The position numbers and the translations under genes are program-made. DNA of 64,000 nt from a virus. Under the pieces are notes generated by a model. That model was given only the letters and a program-made list of their open reading frames with translations. It had not been told where the DNA came from and did no database searches. The stretch is taken from the IMG/VR virus record IMGVR_UViG_3300025030_000081, positions 1-64,000 of that record, one strand, 5' to 3'. Positions within the stretch are counted from its first letter, which is position 1. Each line of letters opens with the position of its first letter. Shown in pieces: positions 19,284-28,917 of this stretch.

Positions 19284-19952
19284 TCACAGGTCGTCAAAGA
19301 TGACCGGGATCCGCTGTTGAAACTCAGCCAGGGCCGGCCGCATCAACCACTGCATGGATTCATCGGCATGGGAATCCGCCCGCTGTTTGAAGATATGGCG
19401 CCACTCTTCGAGATTGGCGGTTATCTCAACCTCGGTCTTGGCGTCATTGGGTAGGACACCCCTGGCGCGTTCAGGCTTTTGACCACACTTTATCAAACCG
19501 TGATAGGTCTCTTCTGCGCTGAAGAGGTGACGCAACCACATGCGCGCGCCGTTTGCCGGCGGCGTGATCTGTACTTCAGCCTCATGATGATAGACGCCAG
19601 GCTGGAGTGTATTGTGGTAGTACCAGGGCAGGACGAACACAACCTCCCCATCATTCTTCTTGCTGTAGTTACAGTAGCGCTGGGACTCCTGGAGGAAGTG
19701 CGCCAGCCCGTGCCGGACTATCTGATGAGAAACCGACCGGCTGCATACCAGCCTCATGGATGCCTGTTCGTGGCGCAGCACCGAATGGTGCTTTTTGACG
19801 TGCACCAGATCATGCATGAAATCCAGATCACTCTTGGGTGATACTTTTTCCGGCTTGTAACAGGTGTTCGCCTTCAAGCGCAGCCGGTGCAGGATCTCGG
19901 CACCGCTTCGCAATCCGGGATCCAGTTCAAAACTCGGTTTAACCAGTAGCAT
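19284..19952 (-). CDS. thyX: FAD-dependent thymidylate synthase
   Basis: HHSVLRH, SRSVSHQIVRH...QESQRY, ARGVLPN and ANLEEWRH motifs. Confidence 0.93.
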   Translation of the reverse strand: MLLVKPSFELDPGLRSGAEILHRLRLKANTCYKPEKVSPKSDLDFMHDLVHVKKHHSVLRHEQASMRLVCSRSVSHQIVRHGLAHFLQESQRYCNYSKKNDGEVVFVLPWYYHNTLQPGVYHHEAEVQITPPANGARMWLRHLFSAEETYHGLIKCGQKPERARGVLPNDAKTEVEITANLEEWRHIFKQRADSHADESMQWLMRPALAEFQQRIPVIFDDL

Positions 19953-20772
19953 TGAATGTCTCCTTTTCCTGAAGTTCCTTGTGAAGAATCATGCAATGTT
20001 CCGCGATTTCCTCTCCCACCACGCTCAGATCCGCGAGTCCCGCGTTGTTGCGGATCTCGTAATCGTAGGGATGGTTCTTTACGTTCTGGTCGGCGTGGTT
20101 GCCGAAGCCCTGTGCACCATCCCTGTGCACCAGGATAGAGATCGCGCCCGGGTGCGTCTCAAGGAACTTGGCGATCTCCAGCGGCTCACGGATATGGAAG
20201 AACATAACGTCGTGCTTGAGTTGTGTAATCAGCTCGGTCATGTACTTCATGGGACCGTCGTATGTATTCGTCGAGAGGTCTTTCAAGTCTGAAAGGAACT
20301 GGCGCCCCTGCTCGTCTTTCTCGCCGTCCCAACCCAGGATCAGTGCGGCCTCCTTCACCAGCCCGACCGATGAATGATTGCTCGACACCAATCCCCGCTG
20401 TGCCAGGTGAGCTCTCACGAACTCAACAAAGGTGTCCTTTCCTGTCCCTGCTGCGCCGTTGATCACAACGACAAGTGTCTTGCCCATCCCTCCTCCTGTG
20501 GGTAAGTTGATAACTTCTGTGGATAACTGCTTTCGCACCGTGTCCTTATCGCAGATGTCCCTGACGAATTTGATGGCCATGGCGGCAGATTGGATAGCCT
20601 CCTTGCGCATCCATTCAGGATGCTCTGTCGGTCGTACCACTTCTCGTTCCAGCTCCATGACCTCGCACTTCAGGGTGGCTAAGCCTACCTCCTTGTTGGT
20701 CATTGGATCATGAACATATTTGGCGTCTGCTCTGGCCAATTCATCCAGGACATCTTGAATTATCCTGTGCAT
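19939..20772 (-). CDS. MazG-like helical domain fused to a P-loop nucleotide kinase
   Basis: N-terminus EVMELEREV...KEAIQSAAMAIK; C-terminus INGAAGTGKDTF, GRQFLSDLK, HIREP. Confidence 0.7.
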   Translation of the reverse strand: MHRIIQDVLDELARADAKYVHDPMTNKEVGLATLKCEVMELEREVVRPTEHPEWMRKEAIQSAAMAIKFVRDICDKDTVRKQLSTEVINLPTGGGMGKTLVVVINGAAGTGKDTFVEFVRAHLAQRGLVSSNHSSVGLVKEAALILGWDGEKDEQGRQFLSDLKDLSTNTYDGPMKYMTELITQLKHDVMFFHIREPLEIAKFLETHPGAISILVHRDGAQGFGNHADQNVKNHPYDYEIRNNAGLADLSVVGEEIAEHCMILHKELQEKETFNATG

Positions 20773-20833
20773 AATCTAACCTCTGTTGATGACGGCGGTG
20801 CCACCGGAGTCAGTGGCACCGCCAGGATACCGA

Positions 20834-21157
20834 CTAGTTCTTGCCGAACAGCGGCTTACTCTCCGAGGCCGTATCGTCGGTTGACTGATCCACTACGAAG
20901 GGCGGCGGCTCCTCTTTGGCCACCGCCTGGTTGAAGGTCAACCCGGTTGCTTCCTTGACCGCTGCATCGATGACTTCGATCACGGCGCGCTTCGGGATTT
21001 CGTCGTTGGAGATGTCGATGGAAGCCGACATCCCGTTGGGGGCACGTCCGGCGGTCAGGGTGACGGCGACGTTCTTGCCGGTGATGCTGATGCCCTGCTC
21101 GCCGACAAAGGCGATGATCGCCTTCTCGATTTCTGCCTGGTTCAAAGTGATCTGCAT
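20834..21157 (-). CDS. conserved N4-like hypothetical protein (gp47-like)
   Basis: MQITLNQAEIEKAI start with GGAG RBS; located downstream of SSB; ends in LFG like SSB. Confidence 0.65.
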   Translation of the reverse strand: MQITLNQAEIEKAIIAFVGEQGISITGKNVAVTLTAGRAPNGMSASIDISNDEIPKRAVIEVIDAAVKEATGLTFNQAVAKEEPPPFVVDQSTDDTASESKPLFGKN

Positions 21158-21277
21158 GGTGCCAATTCTCCTCTTTCTCTTTGGTGGTGGTGTCATCAGT
21201 TTGGTGATCAGCATGGAGGCTACCTGGATCCCAAATAGCCCCCATGGGCCGATAGGCAACTTAGGTGCCCGCAGCAT

Positions 21278-22021
21278 CTAGCCGAACAGGCTGGTCTTCG
21301 GTGCCGCTTCTCCGGACGCTACCGGTGCCCCTTTCAGGCCGGCGCCCTTGACTTCGGTGGACTGGTCATCGATCTGGTCCTTCCACTTGGCCAGCCACTT
21401 CTCGGAGAAGTCGGCGGGGATGCTGTTCTTGATCTCCGCGGCAGTCTTACGCTCGTCCGGGCTGAGGAACTTGTCCACGACGTTGACGGAGTAGGTCTTG
21501 CCGGTCGCCTCGTACTCGCCGGATGCGGCGTTCTTGGCGGTCTTGTCCTGGATCTGATTGAGCACAGCGCCGCAGACCGGTTTGCCGACCAGGTCAACCA
21601 GCATGTCGACCTCGGTAACCACTTCAGCCTTGGCATCGTAGTTGTACAGCTTGATGGACTTCTTCTCGCTGCTGGCCTGCAGGATGCTCTTGCCGGTAAC
21701 GATCTGCGCCAGGGAGTCGATGAGGGAGAAGCCGGGAAGGTTGAACTGCTCCTTCTTGCCGTTGCTCTCCTTCTCGTAGTAGGTCTTGTTCCCCTTGGCG
21801 TCGCCGGAGGTGATGTACTCGGTCATCTTGATCTCACGTTCCTCGGGTGTGAGGAGCAGCAGGTTGACAGCCATGGCGCCGCTTTTGGCCTTGGTGACGT
21901 AGGCGTACTTGATGATGAGGTTGTAGATGTTGGAGGCCAACGGCTCCCTCTTCTGGCCCTTGACGGAATCCTTATCCGCGGTGACGGTGCTGCTGGTGTT
22001 TACCTGATCGAAAATTCCCAT
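21278..22021 (-). CDS. single-stranded DNA-binding protein (N4 gp45-like)
   Basis: KAKSGAMAVNL, YITSG..KGNKTYY, LPGFS and the KTSLFG C-terminus; AAGGAG RBS before ATG 22021. Confidence 0.88.
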   Translation of the reverse strand: MGIFDQVNTSSTVTADKDSVKGQKREPLASNIYNLIIKYAYVTKAKSGAMAVNLLLLTPEEREIKMTEYITSGDAKGNKTYYEKESNGKKEQFNLPGFSLIDSLAQIVTGKSILQASSEKKSIKLYNYDAKAEVVTEVDMLVDLVGKPVCGAVLNQIQDKTAKNAASGEYEATGKTYSVNVVDKFLSPDERKTAAEIKNSIPADFSEKWLAKWKDQIDDQSTEVKGAGLKGAPVASGEAAPKTSLFG

Positions 22022-22090
22022 GTGCGTGTTGCTCCTTTTGTAAGTTCCCTGCTCTATAAGCATGGGGTTGGTGTGCTGCATGAAATCAAA

Positions 22091-22170
22091 GTGGGTGATG
22101 ATTCAACGTACACGGATTGGCCCGGTCCATATAGGGGTAGGGGCAGTACCGGCTTTCGCTCATCACCCAC
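22091..22170 (-). promoter_or_regulatory. structured RNA leader (enclosing stem plus H-type pseudoknot) upstream of SSB
   Basis: An 11-bp perfect inverted repeat GTGGGTGATGA/TCATCACCCAC encloses the crossing helices CCGGU/ACCGG and UAUAUGG/CCGUGUA. Confidence 0.55.
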
Positions 22171-22176
22171 AAGAGG

Positions 22177-22905
22177 TTAACGGTAGTAATCGTGGAGACG
22201 TTTTAACAGAAGTTCTGCGTCGTTGTCTATGAATGTTTCAGCTACGGACCACATACCCATGCTGCTCCGGATCCGGTGGTTGACGGTGTCCTTGGTGATC
22301 TTGGTCTGGTAGACGTACTTGTAACCAAGCATGACATCCTCTTCGCTGATGTTCAGCAGCGGATTGGCGTAGTCCTTCAAACCGGACAGGCTGACTTTGC
22401 GAGCAGTCACCACGGTGGAGAAGTACGCCTCCAGACCGTTGTTCTTCAGGGCGCCCTTGATCGGCACCTTGGTCTCCACGACCATCTCGTTCTCGTTGAG
22501 GACGTTCAGGACGTGAGCGGTGAAGATGACGTTCTTCGTGGACTTGGCCACCTTGTCCTGCATGAGCTCTTTGAAGAACTGCTGGTAGTGCTGCCAGGCT
22601 TTCATGGTGTCGGCCGCTGTGAGGACGTACACGCTCTCGTACATGTCCATCAGGAAGGTGAGGCTGTCCACGACGATGGTGTGGATGCTTGGCATGTTCT
22701 CGGCTTCGTCGAACGCCTGAAAAACGATTTTCGGATCGGTGACCTTGATCTGTTTGAATTTAGAAGGAAAGGGGAGTTTCTTCCCCGCCTCACAATTCAG
22801 GTAGATCACCCCTTCCGGGTTGGGGAGATTGCGGAGCGAGGCTGATTTGCCTCCTCCGCTGGTGCCGCAGATGAGTACGAGATTGTCGTTGCTGTCTTTT
22901 GCCAT
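22177..22905 (-). CDS. AAA ATPase / Sak4-like annealing protein (N4 gp44-like)
   Basis: GTSGGGKS Walker A, IVVDSLT Walker B, YLNCEAGKKLPF. Confidence 0.88.
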   Translation of the reverse strand: MAKDSNDNLVLICGTSGGGKSASLRNLPNPEGVIYLNCEAGKKLPFPSKFKQIKVTDPKIVFQAFDEAENMPSIHTIVVDSLTFLMDMYESVYVLTAADTMKAWQHYQQFFKELMQDKVAKSTKNVIFTAHVLNVLNENEMVVETKVPIKGALKNNGLEAYFSTVVTARKVSLSGLKDYANPLLNISEEDVMLGYKYVYQTKITKDTVNHRIRSSMGMWSVAETFIDNDAELLLKRLHDYYR

Positions 22906-22915
22906 GTGGTCTTCC

Positions 22916-23194
22916 TTATGTGTCTTTGGTGATGATGCCTTTGTCGATCGCCATGCGAATTACGGTCTGGATGTCCCCCGGGTAGGCTGCGTAATCCGGC
23001 AAGTATCGCACGTCGAATGAGTAATCACCACCTTGATCAGGAAAGCCATACTCCTCAGTGGTAAACCAGCAGATTCTAGCTCCTTGGTTAACGTCATCAT
23101 CTTTGTACGTATGGTAGATTTTTATTCCGGCATGCTCCATGAACAGTTCAGCCGGCACCGCCTCGCAACTTACAGGCATGTCAGTCTCCTTCAC
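22916..23194 (-). CDS. hypothetical protein
   Basis: In-operon ORF with an RBS. Confidence 0.6.
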   Translation of the reverse strand: MKETDMPVSCEAVPAELFMEHAGIKIYHTYKDDDVNQGARICWFTTEEYGFPDQGGDYSFDVRYLPDYAAYPGDIQTVIRMAIDKGIITKDT

Positions 23195-23396
23195 TCACTT
23201 TTGGTATTTTGCCACCCAAAGCCCTGAACTTGGCGTTGTTTGCCTGGTCCATGTACCCAAGGATGCGATACAACTCATCCAGCTTGTCTTTTGGTATCGG
23301 GATAGAGGTAGCTACCTTGATCAAACCACCGCTACCTTTAATCATTTTCTTACGCCAAGCCCAGGCTTGTTGAGCTTTTTGTAGAGGGGTCGCCAT
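23181..23396 (-). CDS. hypothetical protein
   Basis: In-operon ORF directly after the primase stop. Confidence 0.5.
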   Translation of the reverse strand: MATPLQKAQQAWAWRKKMIKGSGGLIKVATSIPIPKDKLDELYRILGYMDQANNAKFRALGGKIPKVSEGD

Positions 23397-23398
23397 AG

Positions 23399-26300
23399 CT
23401 AGTCACCTCCGTTCTTGTAGTACTTCTTCTGCACGGTCTTACCGATGGTCTGTGCGATCTCGTCGCTGCTGAGCGGGTTCTCCAACTTCTCGTTCAAGCT
23501 GGCGATCTTCATGTCAATGTCCGCCAGGCTGTAGCCCGAGTCGACCAGCATCAGGCCGTACTTCAGGAGCTGGTTGTTGCGGTTGCCCCCGACGGTGTTA
23601 AGCATGAACCAGCGCTCGACGCCGCTCATGTTCTGGTGGTTCAGGACGAGCTCCTTGCGCTCGTCGTTCTTGCTGGTGCGCGGGATGAAGAGCAGGGCGT
23701 CCAGCATCTCCCCGCTGTTGGTGTGGATCTCCGTGCCGTCGTAGGTCGCCCATTTGCGGGCGCGCTGCCCGGTGTCCGTATCGCACTCGAAGGGGAGCCA
23801 GTCGAAGATGTTCCGCATGAACTCCTTGTAGTCCGTCTCGTTCAGCTTGAGGACGTAGTTCATCGGCATGACCAGCCGGAAGCGATGCTCCTGCGGGGTA
23901 TGGCGTTTGGTGGTGTGGATCACGTAGGTGTAGTCCTTGAGCAGGATCTTCACCGTATCTATCTTTACCCCGCCGTCGACATCCAGTACCAGCAGGTTGA
24001 AGCCGTTGACCATCTCCTCTTCCGCGCGCCGGCCGCTGATGGTGTGGTGACTGCACCAGTGGCGATCGGTCATTTTGAACAGCTCGGGGAGCTTGTCGAA
24101 GGGTGCCTGGACGTTCTCGTAACCGACTGCGAAGTCCTTGCTGTGGGACAGGTACATCTTATCCAGGCTGGTCGGCATGAGTGTTTCACCGGAGATGAAT
24201 TCGATGTTGTTCTCGAACTTCCGCTTGATGATGACGGAATTCTTGTAGCCCCAGGCAATCGCCAGCTGCAGCAGATCCACCTTGAAAGCCTGGGATCCCT
24301 TGTAGAAGGGGAGGCTCTCGGTCAGATCGACATGGGTGGCTTCCCGGTTGATGCTGGCCAGGTACTTGGCCAGCTTCACGTAATTCTTGTCCTGGTTCAT
24401 CATCTGCTTAAAAGCCTTGCCGGATTCTTCGCACATGGCGATGGCATGGTACAGGTTGTCCTCGGTGATCTCGCCGTGGCCGTCGATGAAGGCAAGGCCG
24501 CCTGCCAGCTTCAGTGCCTTGAAGTAGCGGTGGGCCAGTTCAGCTTTGAGCATCTCCTCGTGGTCGCCCAGCTTGTCGGCGATGTCCTCGCAATGGAGCT
24601 TGTACTCGATGAGCAGCAGGCTGACATCCTTGGATACCTGGATCTCCTTGCCGTAGTTGATCTCGGCGGCAAGTATGGCGAACCGGTTGGAGAGCGAGAC
24701 GATCAGGGCTTCCGCATTGGAGCTGGTGAGCTTGTCGTAGACGTCGGCAGCGGTCAGATGCTTGTTCCTGCCGGTCCCCTTGGTGTAGCCGAAGAAGCAG
24801 CGTCGGCCGTAACCCGTCTGGATAAAGGTCCAGAACTCGTCTTCGGTTTTGGCGCCGTCGAACAGTTTCGACGGGGTGCCGAACAGCATCAGGTTGGTGG
24901 GGGTCTTACCCTCGATCTCCTCGGAGCGGACGTTCTCCTTGGTGTTCTTGGTCAGCTTCTGTTTGACCTTGCCCACGTCGAAGAGCTCCAGGAAAGTCCC
25001 CAGGACGTCGACGTTACCCAGCAGGTTGGAGCCGATCTCGTCGATCTCCAGGTTCATGGCGCCGATGCCTGCCATCAGGAGCTTGTGGCGCATCTGCTTG
25101 ACCGCGGCAGTGGTACCCGAATCAAACGAGAAGGCCATTTTGCCCAGGCTTTCATACTCCTTCTGGACGTTGGCGTACATCTCGTCGAACTCGATCATCG
25201 GCGTGGTAAGGCTGGGATTCTGGTTGTGGATATTGGTTCGTTTTACCGCCAGTCCGCGGAGGTTCTTCTCGGCCAGCTGCGGCAGAGTCTCCTCAAAGAA
25301 GACCGTGCGGAACTTGCTGATGATGTGGTCCTCCAGGATATTGGTGCTGTGGCCCTTCGTTTGTGTTCAGGATGAGTCGTTAATTCATCCCCGTCATTTT
25401 ATGACTGCTCCACATCTCTGTGGAGACCAGACTATATCTTAAAGTCTTGTTTTGCATTTAATGCATCCAGATTGGTCAAAGGTTTGAAGATAGGATTGTT
25501 CTCTTGTTACTTCATTTCCACAAGAACAGCGTACATTAAAGTATTTTTTAGTCCCCCGATATTCAGCAAAACTCAGAATTGTCCAGTTATTGATTTGTGA
25601 CCCAATCAACTTTTCAATTATGCTGTCTGCTTTAATACCGGAGATACCTCTTGTACGCCCACCTTTAGATTGTGCTGCATGCAACCTGCCCTGTTTCTGG
25701 GCATGGACCATGTTACCTGAATGTGTTGTCCACTCAAGGTTGTCTACACAATTATTGGTTGGATCGTTATCTTTATGGTTCACTTGAGGCAACATTAATA
25801 TATTGGGTATGAACGCTTGCCCTACTAACTGGTGTACCAAATACCGTTTAGTAGTGTGCCCTTTACACAATGTGACCCTATGGTAACCATTTTTGCCTAC
25901 ATCAGGTTTCAGCTGTTTTTCTGGATAGTATTGTTCTTTGCCATTCTTGTTGATAATAATCCTGGGCAAAGACTTAACATCACCGAGTTTATTCACCTGA
26001 TATAAGCCTTCGTAACCTTTTATATCTTGATACATCAAACACCCCTTTACCTCAAATTTTGCCTAACTTAGCATAGCTTTTGGTAAAGGACAATACTTTA
26101 TTCCCATTTCGGATCACTTGATCCTACGCCTTGCGGCTAGTCGTTGAACCTTCTCCTGTACGGAGCTTGGCTGCTGATTGTCCATAGCTATTAAATTGTC
26201 AGGGGTCGCCAACTCATTTCTGGTTGGTATCCTATTAATAGATTAACTGGAGATCCCAGCAATTAAAGAATTTTTCCTTATGCACTCACATGCATAGGCG

Positions 26301-26536
26301 GCTAGATAGTACCAACCGATGCCACTGATCCCCAGGTTTATCCCGTAGAAGTTGATGGGGATGTCTCCCCGGTCTTTCGTCTTGATATGGACGCGCATGG
26401 TTGCCGCCATCTTGCAGACGTAGTAACAGACCATCATTCGGAAGAACTGAGGCAGGGAGTTCTGTGTCTTTTCACACAAGAGCTCCACTATCTGTTCTGT
26501 CGTCGGATGGAAGGTCAGCTTGCTGAGATCCCTCAT
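23399..26536 (-). CDS. DNA primase (N4 gp43-like); exons 26536..26315 and 25357..23399, about 726 aa spliced
   Basis: Joining the exons restores Walker A GISGIG|KGHS in frame; DEIGSNL Walker B; LDVDGG and HRFRL prim-pol motifs; C-terminal GNRNNQL. Confidence 0.88.
25358..26314 (-). mobile_element. group I intron (957 nt) in the primase gene
   Basis: The 5' exon ends in U (GGT) and the intron ends in G. P AATTGCTGGGA, Q AATCAGCAGCC, R GTTCAACGACTA and S AAGATATAGTC occur in order. Confidence 0.92.
25439..26038 (-). CDS. intron-encoded NUMOD4/HNH homing endonuclease
   Basis: IKGYEGLYQVNKLGDVKS (NUMOD4); VHQLV..AFIPN...VNHKD...NN..NLEW; AT-rich. Confidence 0.92.
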   Translation of the reverse strand: MMYQDIKGYEGLYQVNKLGDVKSLPRIIINKNGKEQYYPEKQLKPDVGKNGYHRVTLCKGHTTKRYLVHQLVGQAFIPNILMLPQVNHKDNDPTNNCVDNLEWTTHSGNMVHAQKQGRLHAAQSKGGRTRGISGIKADSIIEKLIGSQINNWTILSFAEYRGTKKYFNVRCSCGNEVTREQSYLQTFDQSGCIKCKTRL

Positions 26537-26732
26537 GATGCCTCTCCTTGGTGAATTGTTGGCGCTTGATGTCAAGCATTTCAGTGATCAGTAATCTAAA
26601 AGCGGCCTGCAGCCGTTCGGCAACTTCCTCGGCGTGGGCGTTCAAAGCATCAAGCGACGTCTGTTCTTCCGGTGTCAGGGTTTCTGAGTCGATGAAACGT
26701 GCCGTCAGATTGGTTTCCAGATGCAGGGACAT
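26533..26732 (-). CDS. hypothetical protein (ORF track 26472..26732; 3' part overlaps the primase start)
   Basis: Starts next to the exonuclease stop; true extent uncertain. Confidence 0.4.
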
Positions 26733-26733
26733 G

Positions 26734-27720
26734 TCACACCGCCAGTAGGCCGTCAGCTATCAGCTGCTGGGCCTGTGAGCAGATGTTGATCGCCGCGCAG
26801 TAGTTGCAGGCTTTGGCCATCCCCGGGACGATGTCGATGCAACCGCTGCCCCCGTCCTTCAGGAGGCGGGTCTGAGCTTCGGCGAAGCTGTCGTAGTTCT
26901 TAGTGGAGCGATCCTTGGATGAGGGATCCCGGTAGTACTTGTACACCGCCGGATCCTGCCAGAGCTCCTCCCTGGTGCAAAGCGGCAGCTCCGCTTCGGT
27001 CTTGTTCACGTTGGCCCGGAGCACCCTGATCTGCCCGGAGATCCAGGCTTCGGTCTCCTTCAGGGACATCAGGGTGATGGGCACGCTCAGCATGCGGGCG
27101 GGAGGATAACCCTTCTTGCTCTCGATCGTGGCGCGCAGTTTCGACCAGTCGGTGAAGGTGTAGTTGATCAGCATCCGGTCGCTGGTGATGATGTGCGGAT
27201 TGAGCCAGCGGTAGATCGATCCCTGGATCCGGTACTTCGCGTTGTTGGTCTGCTTCATGTAGGAGAAGACGCCGGTGGTCTTGTGGTCCTCCAGCTCGCC
27301 GTCGCCGACAAAGTCGAACTTGCCCCGGATGATGAAACCGTCCAGCTCCTTCTCGGCGCGCTGTTCCAGGTAGACCGGGATGGTGTCGGGCTCGAGCTCC
27401 TCCGGCTTCGGATTGACCTTGATCCTCTGGATCAGCTTGTCGGAGTAGCCCAGCTTTCTGAGGGCCGGGATGTACCGCTGGTTACTCCAGCAGCGCTCGA
27501 TGCCGTCATGGATGGCGCTGCCGAAGCTGGAGGCGACCAGGGAACTGATGTCGATCGTCATGTCGCTGGTCTGTGCGCGCTTGGACAGGATGACCTGACG
27601 CGGCGGCTTCAGGAGACCGGTAGCCGATATGGCGTTGGGGCGTGGGTCGTAGTCGTAGTCGTCGGTGGCAAGGAACACCGCCATGGACAGGCCAATTTTC
27701 TGGTCGTTGGTCAGTTGCAT
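26734..27720 (-). CDS. PD-(D/E)XK / Cas4-like exonuclease (N4 gp42-like)
   Basis: ISATGLLKP, GSAIHD, GKFDFV..DHKTT, QGSIYRWL, terminal C-x2-C-x5-C. Confidence 0.85.
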   Translation of the reverse strand: MQLTNDQKIGLSMAVFLATDDYDYDPRPNAISATGLLKPPRQVILSKRAQTSDMTIDISSLVASSFGSAIHDGIERCWSNQRYIPALRKLGYSDKLIQRIKVNPKPEELEPDTIPVYLEQRAEKELDGFIIRGKFDFVGDGELEDHKTTGVFSYMKQTNNAKYRIQGSIYRWLNPHIITSDRMLINYTFTDWSKLRATIESKKGYPPARMLSVPITLMSLKETEAWISGQIRVLRANVNKTEAELPLCTREELWQDPAVYKYYRDPSSKDRSTKNYDSFAEAQTRLLKDGGSGCIDIVPGMAKACNYCAAINICSQAQQLIADGLLAV

Positions 27721-27741
27721 AAGAAGATCCTTTATATTGAA

Positions 27742-27921
27742 CTATTCATTTGTGCTCATTTGAACGCCGACAGCTCTCAACTCGGAGCGCAGCGTTTGCA
27801 TTTCATCTGTGTCCATTATGACTTTACTCAAGGCACTCAAGTCACCACTTTCTTCAACTTCTTCAATAGCTTGGCACAAAACCACGTACTCATCCCACAG
27901 TCTCTGTAGCAGGTCAGACAT
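27742..27921 (-). CDS. small hypothetical protein
   Basis: AAGGAG RBS before MSDLLQ. Confidence 0.5.
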   Translation of the reverse strand: MSDLLQRLWDEYVVLCQAIEEVEESGDLSALSKVIMDTDEMQTLRSELRAVGVQMSTNE

Positions 27922-28078
27922 TGTATTCTCCTTTTGGTGATAGAAAAACCACACCGGAGCACAGATGTGGGATTGTACGGCAATGGCCGGAGGCCATGGA
28001 ACTAGTCTTTATGTGTTCAGGTTGAACAAGGGAAGAGGGCAATGCACACCCTCTTCCCCTTTTTACTACCGGGTCAAC

Positions 28079-28168
28079 CTAGCACTTCTTGCCGCCCTTC
28101 ATCGGCATGTCTTTCTTATCCATCGGCATGTCCTTCTTTACGCCTCCGGTCGGTTTTCCTTTCGGCAA
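28079..28168 (-). CDS. 29-aa Lys/Met-rich peptide MPKGKPTGGVKKDMPMDKKDMPMKGGKKC
   Basis: GGAGGTGA RBS, TTG start, followed by a hairpin at 28029..28064; too short for the ORF track. Confidence 0.6.
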   Translation of the reverse strand: MPKGKPTGGVKKDMPMDKKDMPMKGGKKC

Positions 28169-28198
28169 CTGAATCACCTCCCCTTTAGTCAGGATTCC

Positions 28199-28747
28199 TT
28201 AGAGATTATTCTTCCTCGCCCATTCGGCGATCAGGGCCGCGTCCCCGTCCTTCTTGAAGGTGATCCCGGGGAAGAGCCTCTGAGCGGTCATCAGGGAGAG
28301 CTCCTTGGTCTCGGAGGCAAAGGCCGCGGTCAGCTTCTTGTGGGCTTTCTTCTCCTCATCGGTTGCCCCCTTGCCCAGACGTGCCACAGCCTTCCGGTTG
28401 GGGAGCATGGGAGTCTGCCACTCCTTGGAGTCGACATAGATCATCCTGGCTCCCAGCGCCTCGATGATTCCTCGGGTTACCTCATCGCACCGTATTGCCG
28501 ATACAGAGGCTTTCCAGCGCCCGGGGTTGATCATGGGTCGCTCCAGGATAATGGTGGCTTCCCTGGCATAAGGTTGGAGCAGGTCGGCCAGCTCCTTGAC
28601 GATGACCCTGGTGACGTATTCCTTTTCCTTGGTGTAGTTCAGGGTCTTCTGGACCGGGGTGGGGACATAGTGCAGACAGGTACCGTGCTCATCGAGAACG
28701 CACACGCTCCCAGACACACCGTTGTCGATGCCGATAAAATACTTCAA
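28199..28747 (-). CDS. RuvC-like Holliday junction resolvase
   Basis: IGIDNGVSG, ILERP, W, and DGDAALIA motifs. Confidence 0.85.
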   Translation of the reverse strand: MKYFIGIDNGVSGSVCVLDEHGTCLHYVPTPVQKTLNYTKEKEYVTRVIVKELADLLQPYAREATIILERPMINPGRWKASVSAIRCDEVTRGIIEALGARMIYVDSKEWQTPMLPNRKAVARLGKGATDEEKKAHKKLTAAFASETKELSLMTAQRLFPGITFKKDGDAALIAEWARKNNL

Positions 28748-28748
28748 G

Positions 28749-28916
28749 TTATACCCCTTGCAATTTTTTTACATTATTGATGCACTTGTTTAATTGGTCT
28801 TCAGTCATGTCTAACTCGTCAATTTTTTGGATTGTTTTTGCCACCTTTTCTTCGGGATAATCCAATAGAGAAAGTAGCAGACGGATATCCTCTCTCTGCT
28901 TATCGGTGATAGGCAT
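28749..28916 (-). CDS. small hypothetical protein
   Basis: MPITDKQRE start; ends DMTEDQLNKCINNVKKLQGV, similar to the neighbouring ORF. Confidence 0.5.
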   Translation of the reverse strand: MPITDKQREDIRLLLSLLDYPEEKVAKTIQKIDELDMTEDQLNKCINNVKKLQGV

Positions 28917-28917
28917 A

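Noticed and set aside
26734-27720. CRISPR-Cas system suggested by the Cas4-like nuclease
   Set aside because: It is a standard N4-like replication-module gene; there is no array or other cas gene in the window.
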